NCBI GenBank assembly: GCA_051362555.1
Contig: CM120645.1
Coordinates: 2,666,001-2,730,000 of the forward strand
Source: Lingula anatina
Lineage: Eukaryota; Animalia; Brachiopoda
Direction: 5' to 3'
Length of the DNA: 64,000 nt
Position numbers and translations under genes: made by a program. The notes below the pieces were generated by a model. That model was not told the DNA's origin and did no database searches. It worked only from the letters and a program-made list of their open reading frames with translations. Shown here piece by piece: positions 1 to 13,088 of the stretch. Within the stretch, counting starts at the first letter, position 1; the number at the start of each line of letters is the position of its first letter.

Positions 1-419
1 GCCCATTAAATGGATAACAGCAATATTTTGTATTGGGGTGTTCATCTTAGTGATAGCAATCATATTTGGTTGCAAACGTAAAATGTGTGGCACAAACACT
101 GCCAGTAAGTTGGCCAAGCTTTGGTGTTGTGATGTTATATGTTATGAAATATTGTTGTAATATTAAAATATGTTGTTTTTACTAAAATATTATTATAGCA
201 TACACAATACCTTTCTGTATATGCTTGTATGGCGGTGGTCTACATTTTAACCTTTGCTATTAAATGATATTTGAATGTACTCTCTTCTGTCTAAAAAGGA
301 ACATGATATAAGCAATCAATTTTTCCATTAACATGTCCTACATATCACAGTAAATTCATCCTCTTCTACTCTGCAAAATGTTTAACTCTGTGAAATCCTG
401 CCGTGTGCATGCACGCACG

Positions 420-456
<37 letters not shown>

Positions 457-500
457 CATGTTCAGATGGCAAGCACACATTTCAGAATAATTTGCACACA

Positions 501-543
<43 letters not shown>

Positions 544-1222
544 CAGTTGGAAAAATCTTCAACGACTTTGAGATCTGTGAATTGATCTTGAATATCTGAT
601 TTTCATTTCAGCACGCACAAGTACTGCAGATGTTCACACAGTGTCACCAGTGAGAGATACCAGCACACACACAGCCACACAGTATACTGCTGGCACACCT
701 GGACTGGTGGAAACTGTGCATCACTTCCCCACTGATGGTCCTGGCTACAGAGTCAGCCCTAGCCAGAGTCCTTTCATTACGCCTAGGGGTAGTCCTGACT
801 TCATTTCAAGACACAGCCCAAGGCATAGTCCAAGACATACTCCAAGGCATAGTCCAAGGCATAGTCCAAGACATAGTCCCAGGCATAGTCCAAGACATAG
901 TCCTAGGCATAGTCCAAGGCCTCATGAATTCAGTAACACAGAGCCTGAAGATCCTTACTCTCCTCCCTCTTACAATAGTCTTCAACCTCCTGAAAATACC
1001 CCAGTACCCAGTAATCTAGAAACAAGAAGGTCCCCATCCCCACCAGATTACAACTCTAGCTTGTCTTTGTCAACACTGCCACCTGGTGATGGTTTGCAGC
1101 CACCTTCTGCAGCTGTCCCAGGAGTGGAGCATCTCCCCCCACCTCCATCTTATGATGATGTCTCACGTGCTGGACCAAATGCCTCAGTGAATTGTGAAAG
1201 TGTTTGTGAGACTACTGTGTAG
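1..1222 (+). CDS. 3' part of a single-pass membrane protein: TM exon (<1-104) and Pro-rich cytoplasmic exon (612-1222) with (RHSP)9, three PPxY motifs and C-terminal ETTV
   Basis: Frame from nt 2 reads PIKWITAIFCIGVFILVIAIIFGCKRKMCGTNTA (TM helix plus basic stop-transfer). Donor gtaagt at 105 and acceptor tttcatttcag ending at 611 give a phase-1 join in frame with ORF 641..1222. Confidence 0.8.
415..540. repeat. Two intronic (CA)n microsatellites
   Basis: CA runs at about 420-451 and 495-540. Confidence 0.95.
809..916 (+). repeat. Coding 12-bp tandem repeat, nine RH(S/T)P units
   Basis: agrcatagtcca-type units with mostly synonymous variation. Confidence 0.9.
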
Positions 1223-1497
1223 TGGTAACTTTGATGATTGTGGTCGTAGACTTGTACTACAAAAATGTGGCCAAGTGTTATGTAACGCAATATACATAGC
1301 TAATATGCTATGAATTAAATGCATAAATGTTGTTTTATTTTGACTGTTCATTTAAAGAATTGCTTAATCTACTATGCATGTAGGTGTTCTATGTATAGGA
1401 CACTTCCATTGTTAACATGCATTATTCTATAATTAAAAAGATGTTATACAAGGGATATAAGTATTTTGATTACTGTCGTGTTGGTATTTTTGTTTAA

Positions 1498-1695
1498 GGG
1501 TGCATTCAGAAAAGTTAATCCGTGGACTAATAGATTTGTTGATCAAAAATGGCCAACCTACTTGAAAACATACTGCATAATTTCCTAAAAGACAATGAAT
1601 ATGTGGGGATAGCAAGGCAGGCTTTTAAGTGGGTTGGCCATATTTGATCCACGGACATGTAAGTCCTCGGACCAACTTTGGTTGTGAATGCAGCC
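1498..1695. mobile_element. PIF/Harbinger (Tourist)-like palindromic MITE with TAA target duplication
   Basis: taa|GGGTGCATTCA ... TGAATGCAGCC|taa with long imperfect inverted arms. Related copies at about 42588-42794 and 41130-41203. Confidence 0.65.
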
Positions 1696-3259
1696 TAAGA
1701 CATAGATTTCTATGCAGTCTTCATTCTGTTTGAGTGATGTCATGGTTTTGGAAAAATTTCTGTCAGGTGCACAGTATACCATATACAAATACGTAGTGTA
1801 CAGTATACCCGAGTGCATACCCAAAGAGGAATGTTACCTCTGTATCTTGATATTATGTTATGGTACTTTTTCTATTACATGTCTGTGGTATTATCATGAA
1901 GGATCTTTTAATTAACTTTTACCTGTCCTTATTGTTGTAATTATTACAAAAATATTATTAGTGTAATATCGTTATTATTTTATTTTTAAGCATAAAAGGT
2001 ATAAGTATGGATAAGTTTTATAAAGATCGTGATAGTATAATATTGGGTTTCAGTTCAATGTGTTTTCTTATTTTTAAAAAGGGAAATTGTTCCTACCTCT
2101 GTTGATAAGTTTGATAACTATTAATATATTTTCTATGTTTTTAAAGACATGTTAAAGGGTGCATATTCAAAAGAGTGCAATATTGAGGTTTGAAAGTATT
2201 TATTACTACCTGCGGTGTTTTATTACCGCTAAAATTCTCCAGTGGTATGTATCTTCATCACCTTGATCTTGTTCCTCAAAAGTATTTTGAGACGGATTAT
2301 GTCGGGATGAAAAATTAATAAGTAAAACAAATTAAAAAATGTATAAGTAAAGAAAAACAAAAAAGCCCGCTATGTTGTTTAAGAGTTTTGGCATAATATC
2401 TCCGCTAGGTACCATACGTAGGTGTTAGGCCACGTCGGATTCTGGTGTTTAGGGTCCTTATTTTGTATGAACAGTTTGAAAGCGTTACGAGTCCTATTGG
2501 GACCGGTGTAAAAGAAGATGTCTTTTTCTGTGTCGGGGTGCTCAAATTATTCTTCAGTGTTCAAGTAAACTTAACATTTTTATGGTATACCAGTAGTGTA
2601 ACATCGAAAATAAATATACAATGTACTATTTCTATCTTATCAAAATGTGTTGTTGTTTTCACTATGAGATTTTTTAAGCCCCAAAATGTCATAAAGTTCT
2701 CGCAAGTCGCAGCGAGAACGCGGACTATGTCATTAACGTTTTCTAATATCCGAGGGGAGCTTGCTTACACCTGCCAAGCATTAGAGAGTCGCCATGACAA
2801 CAGCTACCTGAGATTCAGGGGTGGGGGTGGGGAGACTGGGAAATCGCCTCTTTGCTATCTACATGCCTCTGCTGTTTCCAGTGTTCACTCGGATCTTTGC
2901 TTTATTAAGATGTATCGCTGAAATATGTCTGTTTTGTGTTGTTGTTTGCCTTAAATTTAAGTTTACTTTTTATTTATTTATTTATTTATTTTTTTTTTTG
3001 TTTGGTGTTTATTTATGTTTTTAATTTATACTTTCCCTTTTATCAGTATCTTTTCGTATGACAATAACGCGAAATGCAAGTCATTGGTAAAGAAAGGACA
3101 AATGAGATAGATATCAATGTATTGTTTTAATTTATTCGCCTCTCCGCAAAGAATGCCCAATGAACCGTAAATATACATTTTATGGTACGTTGAGCCCATT
3201 TTCGAATAAAGTGTATTGAAGAACTTTAAAAAAAGCAAATTTCATTGGTTGATTTCTGT

Positions 3260-5155
3260 TTAAGGAGATGGGATTTTTAAATGTATTGTGCTTGGTATCG
3301 TTTTGGGATGGTTTTGACGATAACACTCGCATCTTCGGCAGTAGAAACACCAAGGAGAGAAAATATATCTTTTCAAAGCCGTCGGCAAAGGCAGTTTATC
3401 AACATTGGTCCCGCTCATCTTCCGTAGACCAATGCTCTTACGTATGGCCACCTTGCACATTTTCAGCAACGTTGGCGGCTCGCTCGTATACAGGATTAAA
3501 GTATCACGGAGATGAACAAAGCGTTCGTGGTTCAAAAGTTTGCACAAATTTCCAGTTTTGTCTGTAACTTTCGTGTAAAGCGTTTCTCTCAGTAAAAGAC
3601 TGATCCCTAACCTCGAGCTGTTCCCTGCGTTCGCCGTGTCATCCAAAACGCAGAACAGCGCTGAGCGCCCTCTGTTGTCCAACGAATTCGGATTCGCTCC
3701 GTACAATAACAGGAGCCTTATCGCATTTGAATTCCCGATTTCTGCAGCCACGTGAAGTGGAGTCAAGTGCTCGTCATTAGCTGCATTCGAGTTGGCGCCC
3801 AGCTCAAGAGCAAGCCGGACCAGATAATCACGACCTCTATAGACCAGATAATGCAAAGGGGCGTTGCCACGAACGTCTTGCGCGTTGGTATCCGCCCCCA
3901 GGCTCATCAGGAGTTCTGCCACTTTTAGACAAGGGAGCATAGCGGCAGTGATTAAGGGGGTGCGACCTTCGTCGTCCCTGGCCTCAATGTCCGCTCCATA
4001 ACGGAGAAGCCATTCCGCAGCCAGCGGCAAGGTGTTCAGGGCCGTACAGTGAAGAAAGCTCTGCCCACGCCTGTTCAGAATGGACCGAGACACCTTGGCT
4101 TGGATATTGGCACCTTTTTCTATCAGTTGCCTCATGCACCTTAAACTTCGCGCGTGTTGATCACGGAGATACGACTGGTACTTGCCGTAGCTGGACTTGG
4201 GGTCAATCCCGTCAGTACATGGGATGCGTGGCCAGTAGAAGAGAACTATCTCCAGGGGTGTTCGACCGGCCCAGTCTGGCGCGTCCACCTTCATTGATAA
4301 AAACGGCTTTGTTTAATTATTTTTTCTTACTTTCAGATTGTTAGAAATACGTTCGAGTCGCCCACTTCTAATATTCCACAATGAAAATAATTAGTCAATT
4401 TAAAATGAGTTGGTGAATTATATATATACCAAAATTTGCAGCCTTTCCTTGATACATGAAATACACCGTCAATTATACGTTGTGGAATAGTGACTTACAG
4501 CAGAATGAAACTTTTTAGAGACATCTATTGTAATTTATTTTAAGACTGCACGACTATCCTTAATTATTGTTAGTATAGTATGAATATAACTCAGATACGT
4601 GTATACTGGGATTTTAAAATGTTGTCACTGACATTACCTATAGGGCCTAACCATGATGCTTCTGAGAAAAATATGTGGACACCTTACCTTCGCTCCACAT
4701 TCTAGCAGGGTTTTTATGACGTCAGGTCGACGGTAAATGCAGGCGACATGCAGTGGAAGAGACTGTGATGATGGAAATGACGACTCATCCAGCGAGAAAT
4801 TTGTAAGTTTGTTGGGATCAAAATCTTTCTCTTCAATCAACTCTTTGAGAAGATCGAGATCGTTTCTTATAATAGCATCATGCATTTTTACTGTTGCGGG
4901 TATATGTCTTCCTCTTGGACGCTGATGTGTAGTTACTACAGGTCTGAAGTGAAAAAAGTCTTCAGGATGAGCCTCTAGAGGATCCAAAATTGTTTCTGGT
5001 CCTCGTGTCCTTCCCCTGGACACGAGAGTTTGCCACCAGGATGGAGTTTGGAAACCGATGTTTCCTCGTCGTCGTCCTCTTGCAGCAGGGAAATGTGGAG
5101 GGATTGCTGGTCTTACTTGTTGGATTTGATTATTCCAGTGACGTAGAGAAAGCAT
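3260..5155 (-). CDS. Ankyrin repeat and SOCS box (ASB-family) protein; exons 5155-4688 and 4288-3260
   Basis: Repeated ankyrin motifs (LPLHVAC, GRTPLITAA, GNAPLHY, LTPLHVAA) and a SOCS box PPTLLKMCKVAIRKSIG...LPLPTALKRYI. The phase-0 join CGAK|VDAPDWAGRTPL restores an ankyrin repeat; donor gtaagg. Confidence 0.9.
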
Positions 5156-5237
5156 GTCAATTTTAGACCTTTCGCACTGTCCTTTCCTTTACAGCATCCC
5201 GTCAAGATCGTGCCCCGCCAATGCCATGGTAAGGCTG

Positions 5238-5245
5238 TGACGTCA
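5238..5245. promoter_or_regulatory. Palindromic CRE/ATF site about 80 bp upstream of the ASB start codon
   Basis: TGACGTCA; positional support only. Confidence 0.35.
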
Positions 5246-5574
5246 TAATGCCGCCATGTTACGTATTATTGTAGATAAACGTCACGACATCATTTGTGAC
5301 GTGTGCGTTAAATTGTTGTGCACATTTTCTCTCGCCAATTTGACGCCGACTCCTGGCTACCCATGAGCAGCACACGTGCAACCTCCATCCAACTTCATCA
5401 TCACTCAATACATTCGCATCGCAATCCGGCTGCCCCCTCCCCCTCTCCGTCTATAGCCATCAATTCCTCTAAATATACTTACCTGGAAACTTATTCGAAA
5501 AAACTTGATGACGATGATTTATCAGGTGATAAGATAACTATCAAGTATGTTTTAGTATATACGTTATCTTCTTG

Positions 5575-6585
5575 TTAAACAACTACTGTAATAGGTTTCT
5601 GGCATCTGCCACGTGCACACGCGAACAACCTGGCATAGCCTTGTCTGACAATGTCCAGTCTCACGCCGTAAATCAGCGGATTGACGACGCTGTTGAGTAC
5701 AAATAGAACGTTCCCAACCAAATTTAAAAGAGATACCTCCTCCCAGAACGTACCATGGTCACCCGTGACCAAGTGGCGGCTGACGTTTGAAATGTCTAAG
5801 CAAATGTGCGTAATACCTGGTGCCCAAAAGAGCAGCATCACTACGGCTAAAATGATAACAGTTTTCTTGGCATTTCGATTTAGGTGTTGGCCAGAGTTTT
5901 CATTGTTGGCATCAGAGGTATAAGATGCGTTTGCACGGCGCACGTGCTTTAACATTTGCCAGTGAATGCACACAACAGCCAGCGCGGTAATTAGAAACAA
6001 CATCAGGAACACAAAATAAATCATCAAATCAAACGATTCTCGACTTCCAGATATTTGAGGTCCTACAGACGCTAAGCTACAGAAAATAATTAGAGCAATC
6101 CAGGCAGTTAAAATATATATTTTAGCATGTGTCTTTGAGGTTGATTTCAGGCAGTAAAACGGTGCTTTTGTGGACACATGTTGGGAAACGACGAGTCCCA
6201 ACGTTGCCAGAAGCGTGCAAAACAACGACGCATAGGCAATGCTATTCACAATAAACCAGGTGGAGATGGGGTTTGTTGTAGAACAGGTCGGACGTTCGAC
6301 GAACATCACGATCCCCGATAGAAAATAGATCACCATTGTTACAAAATCCGAAGCTGCAATATTTATAAGCATCATGTGGAATGCTCTCCACGGCTTCGGC
6401 ATACGAGACAGTGCCAGAAGCGACACCATGTTTCCAATCACTCCACAGACAGGAGCGACTATGGCAAATATGCGGAATCCTTCACTTTTAATGAAATAAC
6501 AGAATAAGGGTGTAAACGATTCCCCGTTAAGTGTTTCTTTATCTTTGGCGTCGTCTGATAAGTTTGTTCTGTTCAAAACTTCCAT
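5575..6585 (-). CDS. Intronless rhodopsin-like (class A) orphan GPCR
   Basis: Seven hydrophobic segments; GN in TM1, IAASD in TM2, FWAP in TM6, NPLIY in TM7; N-terminal sequons NRT and NLS. First in-frame ATG at 6585 (MEVLNRT). Confidence 0.88.
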   Translation of the reverse strand: MEVLNRTNLSDDAKDKETLNGESFTPLFCYFIKSEGFRIFAIVAPVCGVIGNMVSLLALSRMPKPWRAFHMMLINIAASDFVTMVIYFLSGIVMFVERPTCSTTNPISTWFIVNSIAYASLFCTLLATLGLVVSQHVSTKAPFYCLKSTSKTHAKIYILTAWIALIIFCSLASVGPQISGSRESFDLMIYFVFLMLFLITALAVVCIHWQMLKHVRRANASYTSDANNENSGQHLNRNAKKTVIILAVVMLLFWAPGITHICLDISNVSRHLVTGDHGTFWEEVSLLNLVGNVLFVLNSVVNPLIYGVRLDIVRQGYARLFACARGRCQKPITVVV

Positions 6586-7814
6586 TTTTGTCACTGATTG
6601 CCACAACGATAAAAACCGTAAGTGTAGACAACCTTGTCAGACATGTGTCAGAATTCCTAATATTTGCATTCGTTCCAGATGTTCTGCTCCTTTAACGTTT
6701 TTTTTTCTTATGTAGTAGAATGGTGAGAAATGGATAGACATGTTTTGATCCACTTTTTCTTGCCAACAAATAGGCCCTACCAGTGAACTGCGTGCATGGG
6801 CCTATTCCTAGTCTGTTGATTTTTTTCATCTACAACATAGATAACGCTTTGGTTCAACATTATAGGTGTTGGACAATAAGTGATCGATATAACTTGGACT
6901 GCTTCTAGTACATTGTAGGATTTATCATATAGGCCTGTGTCCACATAATATTGCAATTTGTAAAAGCCTATTGTGGTGCCTTCCCTGTATATTATAAATC
7001 AACTAATTGAAGGTAACTATCTGCACCCCTGGGAAATTATCATCGACATCAATTATCTTTGGACAAATTCAAAATGTCATACTTTCATAAGGAAATGCTC
7101 GGGGTCACGCCCGGCTATATATCACCTTGATCTGCTGGATTGGTCAGTGAACCAGAAACCGCGTAAACTACTTAACAATTTCACACTACAGTAGTCTACC
7201 ACTGTACAGAAAATGCGATCCAAATCGATAAAGCCTTTTTAAACATATTTAATAAAATCTCCGTTTAGAGTAGCTAGTTCTATATTAAATAGTAATAACA
7301 ACTTCGGAAACAAAAATTAGAATTAAATAGAAGGGGACATCAAATCACCCTCGAGCCAAGTTCATCTGCCTTGGAACACCCAAGGGTAATCGTGCCAGTT
7401 CTTCGTTTGTACATTGGACAACATTTCGCAATAAAATCGATCTGGAGTAAAATGCAGAATTTACAGTGGTATCAAAGCCAATTTCATCGATTTTATTAAA
7501 TTTGTTCAAAAATACTTAAAATAGACTTTGGCCGATGATTTTGCATTATGATAGATGGACTAATAATAATTGTACGAATTTTAAGTGGCCTACTGTGTAT
7601 TTGAGTTTATTGGTCAGGCTGATTAAGCAGACGTACAGACCATTGGCAGGCTGGAGTGATTGCAGGCCTACAGATTTAATTGTATAACTGATGGATAGGT
7701 TTAAGTCGTCATCAGCAAACTATATATTTGCAAGTCATTTATTTAACCAGTTACTCCCGTCTCCAGCCGTCACTCTTCCATTGTGGAGGAAGGAATAAAA
7801 AATCCTCTTCGGCG

Positions 7815-7925
7815 CTTTGATTGGTCAAAAACTTTTTGCACTTGCTCAGTTATGGCAACAAATATGGCGGTCCATGCAAAGTAAAAACACAATTTCGATG
7901 ATACATTTTTGGAAACAGCAACTCT
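7815..7925 (+). promoter_or_regulatory. Putative CFAP20DC promoter: reverse CCAAT box, RFX X-box-like half sites, YY1-like motif
   Basis: GATTGG at about 7819, TTATGGCAAC at 7850-7859, AATATGGCGG at 7861, AGCAAC at about 7917, upstream of a cilia-associated gene. Confidence 0.4.
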
Positions 7926-8242
7926 GCAAGAGAAGTTTAACGTATTCATGTATGTGGTGAAGCTGAAAAAGTGCAGCCGAAGACGCTGTGAAGTATCTAA
8001 TTCTGCATGAACCATATCAACGCCTGGACTTATTTATGTACTTTACAGTTGATCAGTGATTTCGTCTCCTGTCCAAGTTGTCAGGAATGTGTAATTAATT
8101 TTGTCCCAAAACTGATATAGTTATTAATTGGAGCTGGATGGACAAACGTTAACATCAGTAAATGATGGTCCGAGCTGTGAGAAAGCTTCGTGCACAACCA
8201 TGTAGTTTCCACTGAAACGTGTCGAAGTTGAACCAGCTGAAG

Positions 8243-9905
8243 ATGTTCAAAAACGAATTTCAGGCAAGTTATTTTATTTTATTGTGGAGTGATGTTATTT
8301 CCAAAGATAAAGGTTGTTCGTTTAAGTAAAGCATATGTTATCTTTGTTGCTGCATTAGATTACAAACATTTTAAAGGGAAAATGAAAATTTAAAAATGAA
8401 CTGATGAGACATTTTCTCATAAAAAAGGCTATAAAGTGTATTCAGCTTTAGTGTGATATCTTTATTCAGTATGTGTTGTTTATTCTTTAGGGTGGGCCTT
8501 TCTTTGAAGTGTTTTCAGCTCAAGGGAAGGACCCAGTGGCAAACTGGAAGTTGTCAGGTGGATCAGGGATACGTAAGGTTTGTAATAACGTGTGTGTGTT
8601 TGTGTGTGTGCGTGTGCGTGTGTGTGTGAAGATGAATAGATATAAAGGTTAAAAAAAGCGAACAAATTTCTTTCCTTGGCTTATGGTTATTCATCCAACT
8701 TCTGTTCAGAATATTTCTACAGCAAGTCCCTTATTAAACAGGCTCTAATTAAACTGGTTTAGTTTTTAATTTTAACTTTCTGAACATATTCATATTTATT
8801 TTGTCAGGTATATGATAAAGAAGTCAAAAGCTACATATACTCACTGGAGGGGTCGGGGGCAACCACCAAGATGCACATACCCAAGGACTCCAAACAGTCA
8901 CTCACTTTAGTCCAGAGATTTCTCGTTTTCCAAGTCTGGGTACCAAAGGGGGGCGACTTCTCAATCGAGGTGGGGATCACTGACTTAAGCAACAGTAAAA
9001 GGCGACTCCATCTGTCCACCAGCAGCAAGGAAGCCAATCCTAACCCTCTGCACTCTAAGATACCACTTTCTGTGATAAAACGAGGGATTTGGACCAATCT
9101 GTGCCTGGATATGGTGTCTCTGGTTGGGGAGACGTGGAGGGGTCAGACCTATAAGGCTATTGAGAGTATTACCCTGAGTGCCAACTGTCGTGTGAGGAGG
9201 ATATTCACGATGAAAGTGCAGCCTGCGGACAACACTGATGACGAAGGTAGGGGGGTTTCCTGTAAAGCTGTCAAGTTATATGAAGCATTACATTATTTTT
9301 TTACATGAACATATGAATTTTTCATTCAGTCATATAAAGGAATTAAGTTATTTGAGTTGTGTTGCTACACTCTGTATGGGTTTTTCCCCATTAATGTTTT
9401 TCATTTATATGAGTTCATTGTGCTTCAAAAATTTGTTCCAACTTTTTCAGACAAACAAGAGTGTAATTGTTTATAATTCCCCTTTGTAACATTCATTTAG
9501 AATTTGTATCTAAATAATAATAATAATAATATTGTATTATTATGTTTTTTGGTAAATTTGGTTCATTTCTTTAATTTGTAAAATAGCTTGTAAACTTTGG
9601 CTCATTCCTTTAATTTGAAAAACTTCTTGTCACCTTCAGAATTGTATGGTCTCTCTGGCACTAACAGCTGTGAGATTGATGTGATACCAAAACAGTGTCA
9701 GCTAGCATCTGATGTCAGTCATGTCACACAGGTTAGGAAGCCGCCTTTGGCAGATTTTGCCCTTTTTATTTGTGAAAGAGGGTATAGACAGCTGCTATTT
9801 TTCTCATCCTGTATCTTGGTAACCAGAAAAACTTGACGGTAATGCCTATAACTTTAGTTAAACACAGTATCCCCTCCCCCCCCAAAAAAATAAAATAAAA
9901 TAAAT

Positions 9906-9966
<61 letters not shown>

Positions 9967-12900
9967 GAAGCGTACAGATTGAAACTTGATTACTTGAAGT
10001 AACATACGGAATGAAACATACCAGATTTTATAACTACTTTAAATATAGATGGAGTATAATAAATTTAACAGTAAAGACATTGAACTAATTGAAAATTTCA
10101 TCTTTTTTTTCTTTTTGTCTCAAGGTGCTTTCCCTGACAAAGATACGCCAAGCAGAATTTGTGATGAGAGGAGGCGAGGGTCCTAGATCACGGACAACAT
10201 CCGCCACCTCTGACATTGGTAAATGTATTGTTTGTATTTTCTATTTACTGTGTTCTGGCTCAGAATGCACATGTCAGATGTTTTTTATCGGAGATGCCAA
10301 ATTAAATTTTGTGTCATGAATGAGAGTTAGGTGTCAAAAGTGTAGAAGTATTCATTTCTACTAGATTTTCTTTGTATAACAAACGACAAGATGAAATCTA
10401 AAGATAACAATAACTATTTCCACAGATCTGAATGCCAGTGGAAGGAAGTCAGCTGGGGACTCGTTCCACATTGCCTTTGGCTCCAAGGTGACAGCTCCTG
10501 CCCCAGGCTCTGCTGGGAGGAAAGGAACAGCTGGAAAAGAGGTGTGTGTACATGCTTTCGTGTGCACGTGTTTATGTGTGTGAATGTGGATGAGTGTGTT
10601 TGTGTATCAAGTTAATTCAGAAATCAAGTCAAGTCACCCCTTTTTATATTTTCAATAAAAATACCTTTTAAAAGGATTGAGTTACTTCAAGAAAATCCAG
10701 GACTCTTAATATGTTATACCCCTATCAACAACTATACTACTGGTAGATTATAGTCGTTGATGCTGTGTCAACTTGGTCAGGTTTTAAAGCTTGTTGTTAT
10801 TTGCCTCCAGGGTGGTGCCACCAGCAGAACCAGTCGGTCCTCCCACTCGCGGTCCAAGCAGCAGACCGGAGAGGCCGGTGACCAGGGGACCACAAAGAGG
10901 GTGGACAAACTGGTCATTCATCAACAGGCTGGCGGGTCTAATCACAGCCGTAATCCGTCCGACCCAGGCACCCATATACAGGACCCGGATACTTCTGTGG
11001 ATAAAGGTAGGCTAGTGGATATTGTTCTATTGTTCTAGGTAGATCAACCCATTGCCAGGGGGACTCTTGCTGAATGCAATCAGATTAACAAGCCACTCTT
11101 GATGTTGAGTAAAAAGTATAAAAGCTGGTGATCATACAAAGATGTTGGAAACGAGACGTGCCATGTTAAACTGTCCATCTGATTGCATTTGGCAAAAGGC
11201 CTGTGGAGTGTGAACTATCTACAGAGAATGAACCCATAGAATTTAAGTTTCTTTGTAACCCCTATACTTAATAATAAGTTCTGTCATTGTAGACTGCAGG
11301 GAATTTGCAATATAAACAACCATGGCCAATCTGTGACTAATTTCTGAATTTCAAATAAGCTATGAAATTGTAATTAGCAGATCTGCCTATGACAAACACA
11401 GTGCACCTTTTGTTCCATTTTAGGTAATTTAGGCGGCAGTAGCACATGGGCAGGAAAAATAGATCAAAATGACGAGCAACCATTCAAAGTGCCTGCCAAT
11501 CCCCCAGGGAGGGAGCAAGCAGGGGAGATGAAGTTTCAGCCCCACCCTCCCAGAGAGCCATCAACGGAGAGAGTCAGGAGGAAGGTCCGCATCAAGAGTG
11601 GAGGCAAAGAAAGAACCTCCACTGCTCATTCAGGTAATTAGAAAGATTATGTTTAGATGTGTATACTTTTATGAAGATAGAAAGGCAATTTGCCTAATTA
11701 CAGTCTAGTTATGTGCATGGTCCATTGAAACATTTATTTTCACAGGAAAAAACTCTATTTGTTGATGTTAAACAGTATGATTATTACTATTGCAAGAAAT
11801 ATGCTTGTGTTACCCGATTAAGTGTCAGTTGACATCATAGACAAGTTTATTCTTTAACTTGATATGCATCCAAATATATTTTGAGTTTACTTGTCAGTAA
11901 CTTTGCCTTAATTAATGATTTTCTAGGTGACACCAACCAGTCAAACACATTATCACCTGTGCCACCAGGGGGCAATCTGTCTCCTATCAACTCCCAAGAA
12001 GGTCCCAAGGCCAAACCAAAGTCGCCAAAGATTTACACCTCCCTCTCACCACGTGAAGTCAGAGGGGTTGAAAAAGAGAAAAGTCCCAGGTAAAAAATCT
12101 GTGGTTAAGGTAGATCGGTCGTTACGTAATTTGACGATTTGCGCAATTTCAGCGCATCGTCAATCGTCTCTAACGACACTTCAGTCTGTTTTATCAATTT
12201 GAGGAAATAAAACAATTATCTATAAGATAAACACACATTATCAACTTGTCTGTAACTCTGTATGATCGATACAGATTTTCGACAACGTTTGTCGACTATG
12301 ATTCCATATAGGTTAATACGACAACTGTAGCACGTTCATAGACTTGCCCTTCAAGAAATCGTTGGAATAGCTCCTTTTCCAATTTGAATTGGCACTAGAA
12401 AATGTATGACAGCTAAAGCTCACAAATTATGCACGTAGGTGCTATGTCATGTAAAGAATAAGTGTTTTAAATTCCAATCAAAGCGGCTGCGTATATTTTG
12501 AGGTAGAACGCCCTGAATGTGCTGCTGTAGTTTAGATTTCGACGAAAACCGGAAGTGCGTCGTAACCCCACTCATTTGGACTTAGAGAAATTTAGACTGA
12601 GAAATATTTCGTAGCTTATACAAATGTTCAGAAAATGGCCATAGGGTCTACAGCTTGAAGAAAATTCACTAATCAAAATTGAAACTGCGTTATATTATAC
12701 AGAAAAATTGTGCACTTCTGACCTTGACTTGTCAGTGTAAACAAAGTGTACTGAACGCACCGCAAGCAAGCACGCGAATGCCGCATTTGATACTTTGTAT
12801 CAGACGCTTCATTTTACTTGACAACACAGTGTTTACGATGTCACGTTCATGTTATATTCATTAATAAATAACAACGGCAATAAACTATTTTCATATGCAT

Positions 12901-13057
12901 GAGAATTTCCCTTATTATTCTCTTCAATAATTTTGTTGTAAAGTTAATGGCTTACACCTTCTCATCAGTTTGACAAATCTGAAAATAGCTGAGAATAGGC
13001 CTACTCACTTCAACTGTTAAACATAATGAAAGTTTTAAATGTACTTAGATGTCTCTT

Positions 13058-13088
<31 letters not shown>

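Noticed and set aside
378-599. HT/TH-rich ORFs (also near 30521, 31289 and 43857)
   Set aside because: Translations of (CA)n and (GA)n microsatellites in non-coding DNA.
735-1019. GIVQ-repeat ORF
   Set aside because: Alternative frame of the RHSP repeat; the spliced frame is the RHSP one.
2445-2921. 158-aa ORF
   Set aside because: Non-ATG start, no motifs, no clear splice support; lies between converging 3' ends.
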